Source: Candidatus Dadabacteria bacterium (GTDB lineage: Bacteria; Desulfobacterota_D; UBA1144; Nemesobacterales; CSP1-2). Taken from it: DNA of 64,000 nt. This document shows, in pieces, positions 10,454 through 20,757 of this stretch. The stretch's first letter is position 1. Each line of letters starts with the position of its first letter. Location: positions 1 to 64,000 of the forward strand of contig CAWDVW010000003.1 in the NCBI GenBank assembly GCA_963805855.1, given 5' to 3'. Both the position numbers and the translations under genes were made by a program. Below the pieces are notes generated by a model. It saw only the letters and a list, made by a program, of their open reading frames with translations, ran no database searches and was not told where the DNA came from.

Positions 10454-11673
10454 TGGACTGGGGCGCCGGGGAGTGGGCAGTTAGTCCCGTCTCCTATTAC
10501 AACCTTGTGGTCGCCAATTATAGTCCCGTCGGGACAGTCAACCTGCTGAACAAGACTCTTGTTTCCTACCGTGCTATTGTCGCCGATGCGTGAGCTGAAA
10601 AACACAGACTCTTCTCCAAGGGTGAAGTTGTCACCGGTGACAGTTGTGTTATTCGGCTCTTCACCATCCAAGGGGAAGGAAGTAGGTCCCCCATGTACGA
10701 GGCTTCGGAAACCGTAGGTACCGTTATCGCCCAACTGCAGGTGGGTATGCACAAGCGCATGAAATGTGCAATTATCATCCATTGAGGTGATGTTTCCCAC
10801 CTCGAATGGCTCTCCCTCATCGGCGCGTAACGAATCATTAGAGCCCATTACCAAATCAAGAATTTCTTCCGTATCGGTCATGCGCACATCGCCTATTATT
10901 CGGTTTCGGAACTCTGGGTCTCGAGTCTCCACGCCGTTCAGTGTGGGAAGGTCACGGTTTGGGTTGAAATTCGTATTGCCCGGGTCGAAGTTTATGCCAG
11001 TGACGTTGTCCTCACCTTCATTTGCTAGCTTAGTGTACTGCTTGGCAAAGTCAACATTGACCTCTATCACCCCTTCCATAAACTCTCGGTCTGCTTCAGT
11101 CACCTGCGCAGTATTGGGCGGGTTACAGGCGGGTGGTACCCCAACATCTGCCTGGGAGGTGATGTTGTTGCCGTAAAGCACCTTGCACCCTGAGGGAATT
11201 GTTATACCGGGACCCACTCGGGCGAGATATAAGACCATGGCATCTTTCTCAATAGTGGCGCCGTCAACCTCGGCGTTAAAGCCCATAAAAGACGGGCAGA
11301 CTCGCTCCCCGTCGGGGCACTCTCCCTCTTCACCGATGCTTGCATGACCAATTACAGTGGCACCGTGAGCGAGTATGGCCAGCTCCCCAAGTCCTATTGA
11401 TCCTCCCGTAGCATCAAGGATGCAATTGTCTTGCACGTCGGCCTTGTTGCCAATATCAATGGAATTCCCTCCATCAGAGCCGGCAATAAGAGCGGCGAAA
11501 GGCGCCACGTAGGCGAGTTCACTGAGGTGTATGTTTTCGACGTTGATAAGAGTGGCGGTTGGGTCAACAAAACTCGGTTTCGATGATCCTCCATTATCAT
11601 TACATGCTATGGGTGATAGGGCGAGCCAGACAAGGGCGATTGTTATTGCTGTGCGAGTTAGATATTTGACCAA
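10447..11673 (-). CDS. Lipoprotein with two tandem gamma-carbonic-anhydrase-like left-handed beta-helix domains
   Basis: GGAGG RBS with TTG start, lipobox PIAC, hexapeptide repeats. Motifs VQDNCIL, LAHGATV, FMGFNA, helix VIEVNVDFAKQY; second domain IIGDV, SLRADEG, DNCTFHAL, SLVHG. Confidence 0.8.
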   Translation of the reverse strand: MVKYLTRTAITIALVWLALSPIACNDNGGSSKPSFVDPTATLINVENIHLSELAYVAPFAALIAGSDGGNSIDIGNKADVQDNCILDATGGSIGLGELAILAHGATVIGHASIGEEGECPDGERVCPSFMGFNAEVDGATIEKDAMVLYLARVGPGITIPSGCKVLYGNNITSQADVGVPPACNPPNTAQVTEADREFMEGVIEVNVDFAKQYTKLANEGEDNVTGINFDPGNTNFNPNRDLPTLNGVETRDPEFRNRIIGDVRMTDTEEILDLVMGSNDSLRADEGEPFEVGNITSMDDNCTFHALVHTHLQLGDNGTYGFRSLVHGGPTSFPLDGEEPNNTTVTGDNFTLGEESVFFSSRIGDNSTVGNKSLVQQVDCPDGTIIGDHKVVIGDGTNCPLPGAPVQW

Positions 11674-12027
11674 AGCGAATACCTCCTTTTAACTTTTGTA
11701 CGAATTTCGTACAAGTATAGAACCACCACGAATAAATTTCAAGAGTTTCTAGTATTAAACCTGCCTTATGCAGAAGGGGAGAGATTAGGTGTCTGCGCCA
11801 AAGCTTACACTTTAGGCGCAAGAGCAAGGCCTGACCCGCGTTCTTGTCCTTTGCCCGGACACAAATAAAATTCTGAATGGGAATGGATTTGTCCTCGGGC
11901 CTGAATAGGATGCGGGAAAAGGTTCAAGATGATGGATTAGTTATTTGGTCCCGATGAAAACAGCCTCGAAGCCGCATTGAAATCCGCAATTCTAAAATTT
12001 TAGAAATTCTAACAAAGAGTAAAAAAA

Positions 12028-12061
12028 ATACCTGACAGGTAAATTGTCATTATTATGACAA
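12028..12061. promoter_or_regulatory. Two adjacent perfect palindromes (candidate operators)
   Basis: TACCTG-A-CAGGTA and TTGTCAT-TATT-ATGACAA upstream of the gamma-CA-like operon. Confidence 0.45.
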
Positions 12062-12254
12062 TATACTTGTCACCATTTAATATGCTTATATACAAAAAAG
12101 GCAAATTAAGCGAGAAGTTCAAATGAAAAGCTCCCGTAAAGGTGTGAAAGATAAAAAACTGGTACTAGTGAAGTGAACAAGTCCGGGTCTCGATTCATTC
12201 CTGGCGGGATAGCACCGGTGTTTCCACTGATAGCTTCAAGAGTAACAATCTAGA

Positions 12255-12488
12255 TCAATGTTTTGTATGTTCAGGTATAAGGAGCAATTGCCATAGATTG
12301 AATAGGATTTCTTCCTTCTCTGTGAAGGTTATCTCTTTTGCATTGAAAAATCCTTCATTTATTTTCATGGCAAACGCTTGAAAATCTTTATCTGTTATAT
12401 TTATTGGTGCTTTTATCGAGTCGTGAAACTCTACTAAAAAGCCGTCAGAAGTTTGAGTGACTGTATAATCAATGGTTTCTTTATTCAT
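12255..12488 (-). CDS. Small hypothetical protein
   Basis: 77-aa ORF with ATG start and an upstream purine-rich RBS-like segment; no recognised motif. Confidence 0.6.
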   Translation of the reverse strand: MNKETIDYTVTQTSDGFLVEFHDSIKAPINITDKDFQAFAMKINEGFFNAKEITFTEKEEILFNLWQLLLIPEHTKH

Positions 12489-12808
12489 GATTCATATTAC
12501 CCCTACAAGCCGTAAGATAATCACTATTGGGCGGATTTAAAGGTCTTTATTAAAAAAAGTTTAATCTAGGTAGTCTAGCAATCAGGATGAAAAGTTGTTT
12601 AATGATATTAATGGGTTGCGTTTAATATTTGTTTAATTGAAAATATGAATACAATTTTTAAACTTATCGCACATTTGTAGAATAATTAGAATCGTCTATT
12701 TGAAAATGTACATTATGTTATTGAATCGAAAGGAAATTCGACCTCCAGTGAAAAAATATGTGGTTAAAGTTGACCGATTTTGAATTTGCTTTAAATTCAG
12801 GACGTCAA

Positions 12809-13312
12809 CTACTCTGAAGTTTCTGAAAATAGAGTTACCAGAGCAGTCCCACTTTCTACCGCATCACCTTCCTCGACCTTAATCTCCGTAACTTTACCAT
12901 CGATGTTTGACTTAAGCTCGCTTTCCATTTTCATGGCCTCTACAACTATTACACCCTCACCGGCCTGAACATCGTCTCCAACCTTTTTAAGTACTTTAAC
13001 TACTCGGCTCGGCATGGGTGATAATATCACCTGAGTTCCTGAGTCAGAAACAGAAGTACTGGACTTTTGTCTTTCAGATATGGCCTCTAGTTCAATGAGA
13101 TCGCCTTCAAAAAAGACCTGAACCTTTTTCCCATTTTTAAGTACGCCCACGCAAAGGGATTTTCCTTCTAGAATTATTGAATAGATATGATTATCAATCT
13201 TTTGATACTCTACGGGAACCTTTTTCCCATTGAACTCAAAATGGGTTTCTTTCTCTTCGTCCTCTAAGCTGATTCTGTAGACTTGATCGTTATATCTGAA
13301 GTTGTAGTTCAT
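12809..13312 (-). CDS. Biotin carboxyl carrier protein of acyl-CoA carboxylase
   Basis: EAMKME biotinylation motif; overlaps the accC stop. Confidence 0.93.
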   Translation of the reverse strand: MNYNFRYNDQVYRISLEDEEKETHFEFNGKKVPVEYQKIDNHIYSIILEGKSLCVGVLKNGKKVQVFFEGDLIELEAISERQKSSTSVSDSGTQVILSPMPSRVVKVLKKVGDDVQAGEGVIVVEAMKMESELKSNIDGKVTEIKVEEGDAVESGTALVTLFSETSE

Positions 13313-14805
13313 AACATATTATTCCGGGTCACACCGAGTTTTCTAGAGAAAAGTTTCCAGTTTGAAGAAGGCCTGTATTTTGTTTTTTCAATACCTTGAC
13401 CAGCATCTCTCATCGCTATCGCCGCAGCGACAAGTACTGGTTCGATCTCAACTGAAGCAGGTTTAAGAGTCTCTAAATGCCTCTCAATAAAACCGGTGTC
13501 AATGGCGCCCTTCTTAAATTCATTGTCGTCCATCACGCGTAATAAAAAACCAATGTTTGTCTTTACGCCCAGAACTACAAATTCCTTCAGCGCCGAAATC
13601 ATTTTGCTAATAGCGACTTCTCTTGTTTCACCCCAGGCGATGAGCTTCGAAATCATTGGATCGTAAAATGGGGTAATTTTGGAACCGCTGTAGATCGATG
13701 AGTCATTTCTAATACCCGGACCACTCGGAGCCCTCACATAGACTATTGTGCCAGGCGAAGGCATGAAGTTCATCCCTGGATCTTCGGCATAAACTCTACA
13801 CTCAATTGCATGCCCTTTCATTGTGATATTTTTTTGTTTAAAGGGTAGTTTCTCCCCATTGGCTATCCTTATCATCCATTTAACGATGTCGAGTCCAGTA
13901 ACCATTTCGGTGACTGGATGTTCAACCTGTATTCGTGTGTTCATCTCTAGAAAATAGAAATTCCCCTTTTGATCCATTATAAATTCGACAGTCCCGGCTC
14001 CATGGTAAGAAACTGCCTCTGAGATTTTAATTGCTACTTCCCCCATCTTGTTTCTGGTCTTGGAATTAATGGCCGGGGAGGGACTTTCTTCGATTACCTT
14101 TTGATGTCTTCTTTGGATAGAACATTCTCGCTCGAACAAATGTATTATGTTTCCATGCAAGTCACCCATAACCTGAATCTCAACATGGCGCGGTTGCTCG
14201 ACAAATTTTTCAATGTAGACTGAATCATCGCCGAACGATGAACGGGCCTCGCTTCTGGCCATGCGTAATGCGCTTTTGAAATCTTCTTCCTTCAAAACAA
14301 GCCTCATTCCCTTTCCACCGCCACCTGCCGAGGCTTTTATCATAATTGGATAACCAATTTTCTTGGCTATCACACCGGCTTCCACATCACTCACAGCGCC
14401 CTCAGATCCCGGCACTAGCGGTACACCAGTCTCCTGGGCAATTTTTCTGGCGGTTACTTTATCTCCCATCAGTCGAATGGATTTTGATGAAGGGCCAATA
14501 AATACAATCCCTTCAGTCTCACACATGTCTGCAAAGATCTCATTTTCGGCGAGAAACCCGAATCCTGGATGAATGGCTTCCGCTTTTGAAGTCTTTGCGA
14601 TTTCTATTATTTTTTCCTTGACTAGGTAGCTCTCGCTGGGTGCTGGAGGACCTATATGATAAGCTTCATCTGCTAGTGCGACATGGAGTGAGGTTCTATC
14701 TGCATCTGAATAGATTGCAACTGTTTTTACTCCAAGCTCATTGCAAGCCCGTATGATACGTACTGCGATTTCCCCTCTATTGGCAATTAGTATCTTCTTA
14801 AACAT
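13309..14805 (-). CDS. accC: Biotin carboxylase subunit (acetyl/propionyl-CoA carboxylase)
   Basis: KKILIANRGEIA, HPGFGFLAEN, GGGGKGMR, ERECSIQRRHQK, EMNTRIQVEHPVTE. Confidence 0.95.
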   Translation of the reverse strand: MFKKILIANRGEIAVRIIRACNELGVKTVAIYSDADRTSLHVALADEAYHIGPPAPSESYLVKEKIIEIAKTSKAEAIHPGFGFLAENEIFADMCETEGIVFIGPSSKSIRLMGDKVTARKIAQETGVPLVPGSEGAVSDVEAGVIAKKIGYPIMIKASAGGGGKGMRLVLKEEDFKSALRMARSEARSSFGDDSVYIEKFVEQPRHVEIQVMGDLHGNIIHLFERECSIQRRHQKVIEESPSPAINSKTRNKMGEVAIKISEAVSYHGAGTVEFIMDQKGNFYFLEMNTRIQVEHPVTEMVTGLDIVKWMIRIANGEKLPFKQKNITMKGHAIECRVYAEDPGMNFMPSPGTIVYVRAPSGPGIRNDSSIYSGSKITPFYDPMISKLIAWGETREVAISKMISALKEFVVLGVKTNIGFLLRVMDDNEFKKGAIDTGFIERHLETLKPASVEIEPVLVAAAIAMRDAGQGIEKTKYRPSSNWKLFSRKLGVTRNNML

Positions 14806-14859
14806 TGTTTAGCCCTGATGCTAACTAGCTGGTTACTAACAGCAGCTTGTATAACAAAC

Positions 14860-14954
14860 CGATGCATGATGCACGATTCACGATGCACGTTGAAGAATGT
14901 TCTTTTTACTTGTGTCCTTTATCCTGTATCGTGTATCCTGCATCCTGTATCTTG
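14860..14954. repeat. Heptamer tandem repeats arranged as an inverted pair between pccB and accC
   Basis: Left arm is a (GATGCAC/T)-like x4 array; right arm is a (TATCCTG)-like x5 array, roughly its reverse complement. Confidence 0.7.
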
Positions 14955-16499
14955 TCATAATGGAATATTTCCATGCTTCTTCGGTGGGTTTGTCTGCCTT
15001 TTACCCTCAAGCATCTCAAACGCACTTATCACCCTTGGTCTTGTATCTTCGGGTCTGATAACTTCATCGATAAAGCCAAGGTCGGCAGCTCTATAAGGAT
15101 TAGCGAACCTTTCCCTATACTCTTCGGTAAGTCTTGCTCTCTCCGCTTCAGGATCCTCTGCCTGTTCTATTTCCTTTCTTGCGATTATGTTCACAGCTCC
15201 CTCCGGACCCATTACGGCTATCTCCGCGGTGGGATAAGCAAAGTTTATGTCGGCCCTTACATGTTTGGAGGACATGACATCATACGCGCCGCCATAGGCC
15301 TTTCTCGTAATAACGGTGACCCTTGGTACAGTTGCTTCGCAATAAGCATATAGAAGTTTAGCCCCGTGTTTGATGATACCTCCCCACTCCTGGGCTGTAC
15401 CGGGTAGAAATCCAGGGACGTCAACAAACGTAAGAATGGGAATGTTAAAACAGTCACAGAATCTCACGAACCTTCCGCCCTTCACGGACGCATTAATATC
15501 GAGACATCCCGCGAGCACATTTGGCTGGTTACCTACGATTCCCACAACCCTGCCGTCCAGTCGAGCAAATCCGATAATCATATTTTGCGCAAAATGTTCC
15601 TGAACCTCGAAGAAGTAACCATCGTCTACGATGAGCCTGATAACATCTTTGATATCGTAGGGTTTGTTGGGATTTTCCGGCACTATACCTCTCAGACTAA
15701 TTTCACGTCGTTCTATAGGATCGTCAGTTGAAATCCTCGGTGGGTCTTCCATGTTGTTGGAAGGTAAGAAGCTTAGTAACTCCTTGATGAGTAAAATACA
15801 ATCCTTATCGTTCTGTGCTGCAAAATGGGCTACGCCGCTGGTTGAATTATGAACCATGGCTCCACCTAGCTCCTCTCTGGTTACCTCCTCATGGGTGACG
15901 GCTCTTATGACGTCGGGCCCGGTTATGAACATATAACTGGTGTCCTTTGACATAACTATAAAATCGGTCATGGCTGGAGAGTACACGGCGCCGCCTGCGC
16001 AGGGTCCCATTATGGCCGAGATTTGAGGAATAACGCCCGAGGCAAGTACATTCCTTAAAAATATGTGGGCATAGCCTGCAAGGCTTTCTACACCCTCCTG
16101 GATCCTCGCTCCACCAGAGTCGTTTAAACCGATTACCGGGGCTCCGACCTCTATGGCAAGGTCCATTATCTTCGAGATCTTGTTTGCATAAACCATCCCC
16201 AGGGAGCCGCCAAACACGGTGAAATCCTGCGCAAATACAAATACCTGTCGCCCATCTACCTTTCCATATCCTGTTACTACACCGTCGCCAAGTATTTTGT
16301 TTTTATCCATATTGAAATCGGTGCATCTGTGAACAACCAACTTGTCTAATTCCACAAATGTCCCTTTATCGAGGAGAAGATTAGCACGTTCTCTCGCCGT
16401 GAGTTTCCCCAATTCGTGCTGCCTTTGAATCCTCGCACTTCCACCACCAAGCTCTGCTTCTTTGTCCTTTTCCTCTAGAATTTCAATTTTATCCTTCAT
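14955..16499 (-). CDS. pccB: Acyl-CoA (propionyl/methylmalonyl-CoA) carboxylase, carboxyltransferase beta subunit
   Basis: [50 protein letters not shown]-terminal KKHGNIPL. Confidence 0.95.
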   Translation of the reverse strand: MKDKIEILEEKDKEAELGGGSARIQRQHELGKLTARERANLLLDKGTFVELDKLVVHRCTDFNMDKNKILGDGVVTGYGKVDGRQVFVFAQDFTVFGGSLGMVYANKISKIMDLAIEVGAPVIGLNDSGGARIQEGVESLAGYAHIFLRNVLASGVIPQISAIMGPCAGGAVYSPAMTDFIVMSKDTSYMFITGPDVIRAVTHEEVTREELGGAMVHNSTSGVAHFAAQNDKDCILLIKELLSFLPSNNMEDPPRISTDDPIERREISLRGIVPENPNKPYDIKDVIRLIVDDGYFFEVQEHFAQNMIIGFARLDGRVVGIVGNQPNVLAGCLDINASVKGGRFVRFCDCFNIPILTFVDVPGFLPGTAQEWGGIIKHGAKLLYAYCEATVPRVTVITRKAYGGAYDVMSSKHVRADINFAYPTAEIAVMGPEGAVNIIARKEIEQAEDPEAERARLTEEYRERFANPYRAADLGFIDEVIRPEDTRPRVISAFEMLEGKRQTNPPKKHGNIPL

Positions 16500-16746
16500 G
16501 AATTACTCCTTCACTGATCTATGGGTTCGGGGAAATTACAAGTTGGCGAGGGACACAGTAATTTTAGTGCTGAATTATGTTGCGTAGAAACTGTTATCTT
16601 AAGAATTATCATTTAAATTCAGGATGCAGTTGCTTTTGAGATTTTGTAAGTTTTAGGGGTACATGCAGAAACTAGACCCCCCTCTCCGTCTCAAAAAAGC
16701 GGAATCAACTATACCAGAAAAATTCCCTTAATCAAAACCGTAGTTA

Positions 16747-16903
16747 GCCACTAAGGCGCCAAGGCACAAAGGAGGAACATGAGTTTTAAAAACGTAAGTT
16801 TAGAAGTCAGAATTCGGAATCCAGAAGAATAGATACTTCTGACTCCTGAGTTCTGCATTTTAGCTCTATGAATTCGAACTTCGTGTCTTAGAGTCCTTGT
16901 GGC
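16747..16903. repeat. Nested imperfect inverted repeats overlapping the coaE 3' end
   Basis: Outer arms GCCACTAAGGCGCCAAGGCACAAAG / CTTCGTGTCTTAGAGTCCTTGTGGC; inner heptamer-type arms at 16802..16827 and 16836..16855. Confidence 0.55.
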
Positions 16904-17502
16904 AACTCAGTCGTTATTTTTTCCCAAACTTCTTCAACCTGTTTTCTAGTTTCTTCTAAACTCTCCGAGTTATCAATAATATAAGTTGCATGCTTAGTCT
17001 TTTCAGATATTGGCATCTGGGATTCCATTCTTGAAAGCGCTTCATCTCTCCGGAGTCCATCTCTCGTCATAATTCTTTCAATCTGGGTTTCTGCATCAGC
17101 TGAAACGACTATCAATTCATCAATCAACTTTAACAGGCCTCCTCTTTCAACGATGAGAGCGGCTTCAATAATGACTAGCTTTACATTTTCTTTTTTATAA
17201 TTATCAATTGTCTCTTTTAGTTTAGTCATTATCCTGGGGTGGGTGATTCGATTTAATTGCTCTCTCTTTTTGTCGTCATTAAAGATAATTTCCCCTAATT
17301 TTTTTCTATTAATCGATCCATCGGGGTTTAAGATATTGCCTCCAAATTCCTCTACGACCTCTTGCCATGCAGCCTCGCCGGGCTCCACGACTTCCCTTGC
17401 AATCTTGTCGGCGTCGATTACTTTTGCCCCAAGTTCTTTAAAAATCTTTGCCACCTCAGTTTTTCCAGATGCAATATTTCCAGTAAGCCCGATTATCTTC
17501 AT
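16888..17502 (-). CDS. coaE: Dephospho-CoA kinase
   Basis: IGLTGNIASGKT P-loop, IDADKIAREVV, LNRITHP. Confidence 0.96.
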   Translation of the reverse strand: MKIIGLTGNIASGKTEVAKIFKELGAKVIDADKIAREVVEPGEAAWQEVVEEFGGNILNPDGSINRKKLGEIIFNDDKKREQLNRITHPRIMTKLKETIDNYKKENVKLVIIEAALIVERGGLLKLIDELIVVSADAETQIERIMTRDGLRRDEALSRMESQMPISEKTKHATYIIDNSESLEETRKQVEEVWEKITTELPQGL

Positions 17503-17789
17503 CTCTGGGGTATTTTAATTTGTGCATGAACTTGTTTCAAATACGATGATTTGGCGTAAGTTAGACAGTGAAGCCTCAACATGTGAAGCGCTAGCCAATT
17601 GGAAATAGCACTTTGAGGTTGCGATTCTATTAATTTAGGCGAAGGTTCGATATGTATAATATGTTAGAATCGTAAGCATGGAGGTAACTTGAACCATAAA
17701 GAGTATTCCCGGCATTTTTAGGGTATCATTGCAGCTGTGCGGGTAAATAGATTTGGCCTAGAAGTCATGTTTGATTGGGAATAAAGTAT

Positions 17790-18368
17790 ATGAAAATCGC
17801 AATAATATCCGACATTCATGACAACGTCTGGAATTTGGGTCCGGCTTTGGAAGCAATCGAGGACTCTGAAGCGCTTATCTGCTGTGGGGATCTGTGCTCC
17901 CCGTTCATAGTGGACCTGATGGCTGATGGCTTTCCAAATCAAATCCATATCATCTTTGGGAATAATGATGGCGATCAATATCGTATCGCCAACAACGCAA
18001 TTAAATACGATGGGCGGGTACTGATTCATGGTGAATTCGCAGAGCTCAAGCTGGATGGGAAGCGTTTTGCGGTTAATCATTATCCAAATATTGCAAGATC
18101 GATTGCCGAGTCGGGAGATTACGATTTGGTGTGCTATGGCCATAACCACATTTATAGAGTTGAACATTTTAATAATACCCTTTTGATCAATCCTGGAGCT
18201 ATTATGGGATATGACGGGGTGAACAAGAAAGAGATTTCCTCCACGTTTGTTGTATACGATACTCATACTGAAAATTGCAATGGTTACGAAGTTAGATACA
18301 AGGATGGTCCTCGGGACCAGGCGAAAATTGTAGTTGAGTTTGAGGGGAAATCTTCGAATCAGCAGTAA
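17790..18368 (+). CDS. YfcE/MJ0936-type metallophosphoesterase
   Basis: ISDIHDN, CGDL, FGNND, NHYP, YGHNH, INPG motifs. Confidence 0.92.
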   Translation: MKIAIISDIHDNVWNLGPALEAIEDSEALICCGDLCSPFIVDLMADGFPNQIHIIFGNNDGDQYRIANNAIKYDGRVLIHGEFAELKLDGKRFAVNHYPNIARSIAESGDYDLVCYGHNHIYRVEHFNNTLLINPGAIMGYDGVNKKEISSTFVVYDTHTENCNGYEVRYKDGPRDQAKIVVEFEGKSSNQQ

Positions 18369-18485
18369 AGGGGGTGACGATGGTGGGTCGCAATACCAAA
18401 CCAGCACTATCGGTATTCCTTTGAAACTTTGACTCTTCGATAAACTCAGAGTTCACGGTCGAAGCGCTGGGATGCTGCAATAGTG

Positions 18486-18508
18486 TCGCGGCTGGAAGCC
18501 GCTCCTAC
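18486..18508 (-). repeat. GTAG-type REP sequence
   Basis: Minus strand reads GTAGGAGCGGCTTCCAGCCGCGA: a GTAG tetramer followed by a GC-rich hairpin. Confidence 0.7.
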
Positions 18509-18605
18509 TTAGGAGATATCCTATATGTTACATTTTTCGCGGAAAAATTCTTGCAGTTTATCGAATAGATTTATGTTCATTGGCCCTTTTCAGAATTAGA
18601 CGGAC

Positions 18606-18766
18606 TTGGATGGCATTCCAAAAATTGCGTTAAGAAAATCAGGTACGGAGACGTATAGAAAAATTTGCGGCTTGGGGTTGGATTAAATTTTTTAGTTGGA
18701 GTAGATGATTTTTAGCAAATTTTTGGTAAGCCTTGATTTTTGCTTCTTTGTATCAAGACAAAGAAG
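18606..18766 (+). mobile_element. MITE-like dispersed repeat, copy A (most diverged)
   Basis: Shares GGCATTC.AAAAATT, GGTTGGATTAAAT and CCTTGATTTTTG.T.CTTTGTATCAAGACAAAG blocks with the copies at 26381 and 30345. Confidence 0.65.
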
Positions 18767-18848
18767 TTAGAAAGGAAATGAACCTAACGCGTCTAAGAAT
18801 TCTTTCCTCGACCTACGTGACACATACAGAGATGGCAGAGCCATAAGA

Positions 18849-20249
18849 CTACCTCTTTGAAATAAGAGAAGCAGCTCTTTTTAGTCGCTCAATAACCTTG
18901 TCCTTCCCGAGTATTTCCATTACCTCAAAAATCCCTGGGCTTACGGTACCACCAGTTAGTGCTACCCTGGCAGGTTGAGCTATGTTTACAAGCTTGAGCC
19001 CGCTTTCATCGATTATTTCTTGAAAAATCCTTTGCAATTCTTCAATAGTAAATTCATCCGGTTTGGATAGTTTATTGATGAGCTTTTCAAATATTGGCAG
19101 CGATTCAGGGGTCAGGAATTTATTCTTTGCCTTGTCTTCAAATTTTATTTCATCGATGAAGAAATAATCTGCCGAGTTGGCTATGTCTAGGAGTGTCTTT
19201 GCTCTTTCTCTGAGATTCTCGACTATCTTAATTAATTTTGAGTCCAGCTTTACCTGGAACCCCCTATCCTGAAGCATCGGGATTACTAGCTCTGCGATCT
19301 CAGCGACCGGTTTATTCCTTATGTACCAGGCGTTCAGCCAGATTAGCTTTTCCGGGTTAAATACTGCGGGAGATTTGCCGATATTTTCAAGGGTGAACTT
19401 TTCAATCAATTCGCCCTTAGAGAAGATCTCCTGATCCCCATATGACCAACCTAAGCGTGCAAGATAGTTTACTAAGGCCTCCGGCAAGTACCCGCCTTCT
19501 CTGTACGCTATAACTGAGGTAGCGCCGTGCCTTTTACTGAGTTTTGCTTTATCTGAACCTAGTATCGTGGATACATGGGCAATTTTCGGGACATCATAAG
19601 ACAATGCTCTATATATTAAAACCTGCTTGGGGGTATTTGGCAGATGATCGTCTCCTCTGATTATATGAGAGACCTCCATTTCAGCATCATCAACTACTAC
19701 CGCAAAGTTATATGTCGGGAACCCATCTGTCTTTTGGATTATAAAATCGTCTATTTCTTTAGCGTCGAAGATTATGGTCCCCCTTTTAAGGTCATCCACT
19801 TCTATTGAGCCCCAATCGGGCGTCGTGAGTCGAATGGCATAGGGTTTGTTTTCAGGATGGGATCTTAGTTTTCTACAAGTGCCTTCATATCTATAAATCC
19901 TTCCCTGCTTTAGCGCTTCTTTTCTTCTTGCCTCAATTTCTTCAGCGGTACAGTAGCATCTATATGCTTTTTCATTCTCTATCAGTTTCTGAGCGTGGTT
20001 TTGATAGATAGCAATCCTTTCCGACTGTCTGTACGGGCCCTCATCCCATTCTAAACCGAGCCATGACATAGCATCTATTATCTCTCTAATGGATTCTTCC
20101 GTTGAACGGCTGCGGTCGGTGTCCTCTATCCTGAGAATATATTTACCCCCGAAGTGCCTTGCAAATAGCCAGTTGAATATTGCTGTTCTGGCGCCCCCAA
20201 TATGCAGGGAGCCAGTGGGGCTTGGCGCAAATCTGGTTCTAACTTTCAT
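18849..20249 (-). CDS. gltX: Glutamate--tRNA ligase
   Basis: RFAPSPTGSLHIGG (HIGH motif), LRIEDTD, RGDDHL, KLSKR. Confidence 0.97.
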   Translation of the reverse strand: MKVRTRFAPSPTGSLHIGGARTAIFNWLFARHFGGKYILRIEDTDRSRSTEESIREIIDAMSWLGLEWDEGPYRQSERIAIYQNHAQKLIENEKAYRCYCTAEEIEARRKEALKQGRIYRYEGTCRKLRSHPENKPYAIRLTTPDWGSIEVDDLKRGTIIFDAKEIDDFIIQKTDGFPTYNFAVVVDDAEMEVSHIIRGDDHLPNTPKQVLIYRALSYDVPKIAHVSTILGSDKAKLSKRHGATSVIAYREGGYLPEALVNYLARLGWSYGDQEIFSKGELIEKFTLENIGKSPAVFNPEKLIWLNAWYIRNKPVAEIAELVIPMLQDRGFQVKLDSKLIKIVENLRERAKTLLDIANSADYFFIDEIKFEDKAKNKFLTPESLPIFEKLINKLSKPDEFTIEELQRIFQEIIDESGLKLVNIAQPARVALTGGTVSPGIFEVMEILGKDKVIERLKRAASLISKR

Positions 20250-20351
20250 GGGCTTTAGGGTAAATTAGAGTTTATGATGAGTCAAAATATCTGATTGTAT
20301 GTCTGGGATTTTAATACCATGGTAGAGACGACCCTTCCGGGTGTCCTTAAG

Positions 20352-20618
20352 TTATTTCTCGCTTACATGATTGAGGATTTTATCCAGTTTACTTGTCCTC
20401 TCAAGTGCAGCGAGTTGATCGTATCCGCCAATAACCTTATCGTCTATTATGATGATCGGTACCGTCCTCCAACTGAACTCTTCCATCATTCTCCTTTTTA
20501 ATTCGGGGTCATGCGTAACGTCGATTTTTTTGTAGTCAACCTTCTTTTTGTCGAGCAGAGCCTCCGCCGCACGACAATATGGACAGTAAGTAGTTGTGTA
20601 AACTTCAACCTTGCTCAA
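20352..20618 (-). CDS. grxC: Dithiol glutaredoxin (Grx3-type)
   Basis: CPYC active site, TVP, IGGYD. Confidence 0.9.
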   Translation of the reverse strand: MSKVEVYTTTYCPYCRAAEALLDKKKVDYKKIDVTHDPELKRRMMEEFSWRTVPIIIIDDKVIGGYDQLAALERTSKLDKILNHVSEK

Positions 20619-20757
20619 TGTATAATCATCCTGCTGTATCCGTTTTTAAGTTAATATGATGCTTGGTTTTTAAATGAGTTTCAAGTATTATTCAAAGTCA
20701 CTTATAAACAGGTTACATATTTTAAAAATAAATCAAAAGAAGTCATAATCCACTCTG

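Noticed and set aside
12130-12250. Possible structured RNA (tRNA/tmRNA-like TCGATTC)
   Set aside because: No cloverleaf, acceptor stem or recognisable ncRNA consensus.
14818-15096. Cys/His-rich + strand ORF (CILHPVSC)
   Set aside because: Its apparent motif is a translation of the heptamer repeats, and it overlaps pccB antisense.
17718-18407. 229-aa minus-strand ORF
   Set aside because: Antisense shadow of the metallophosphoesterase, which has all family motifs. The same reasoning applies to the many other antisense ORFs over core genes.
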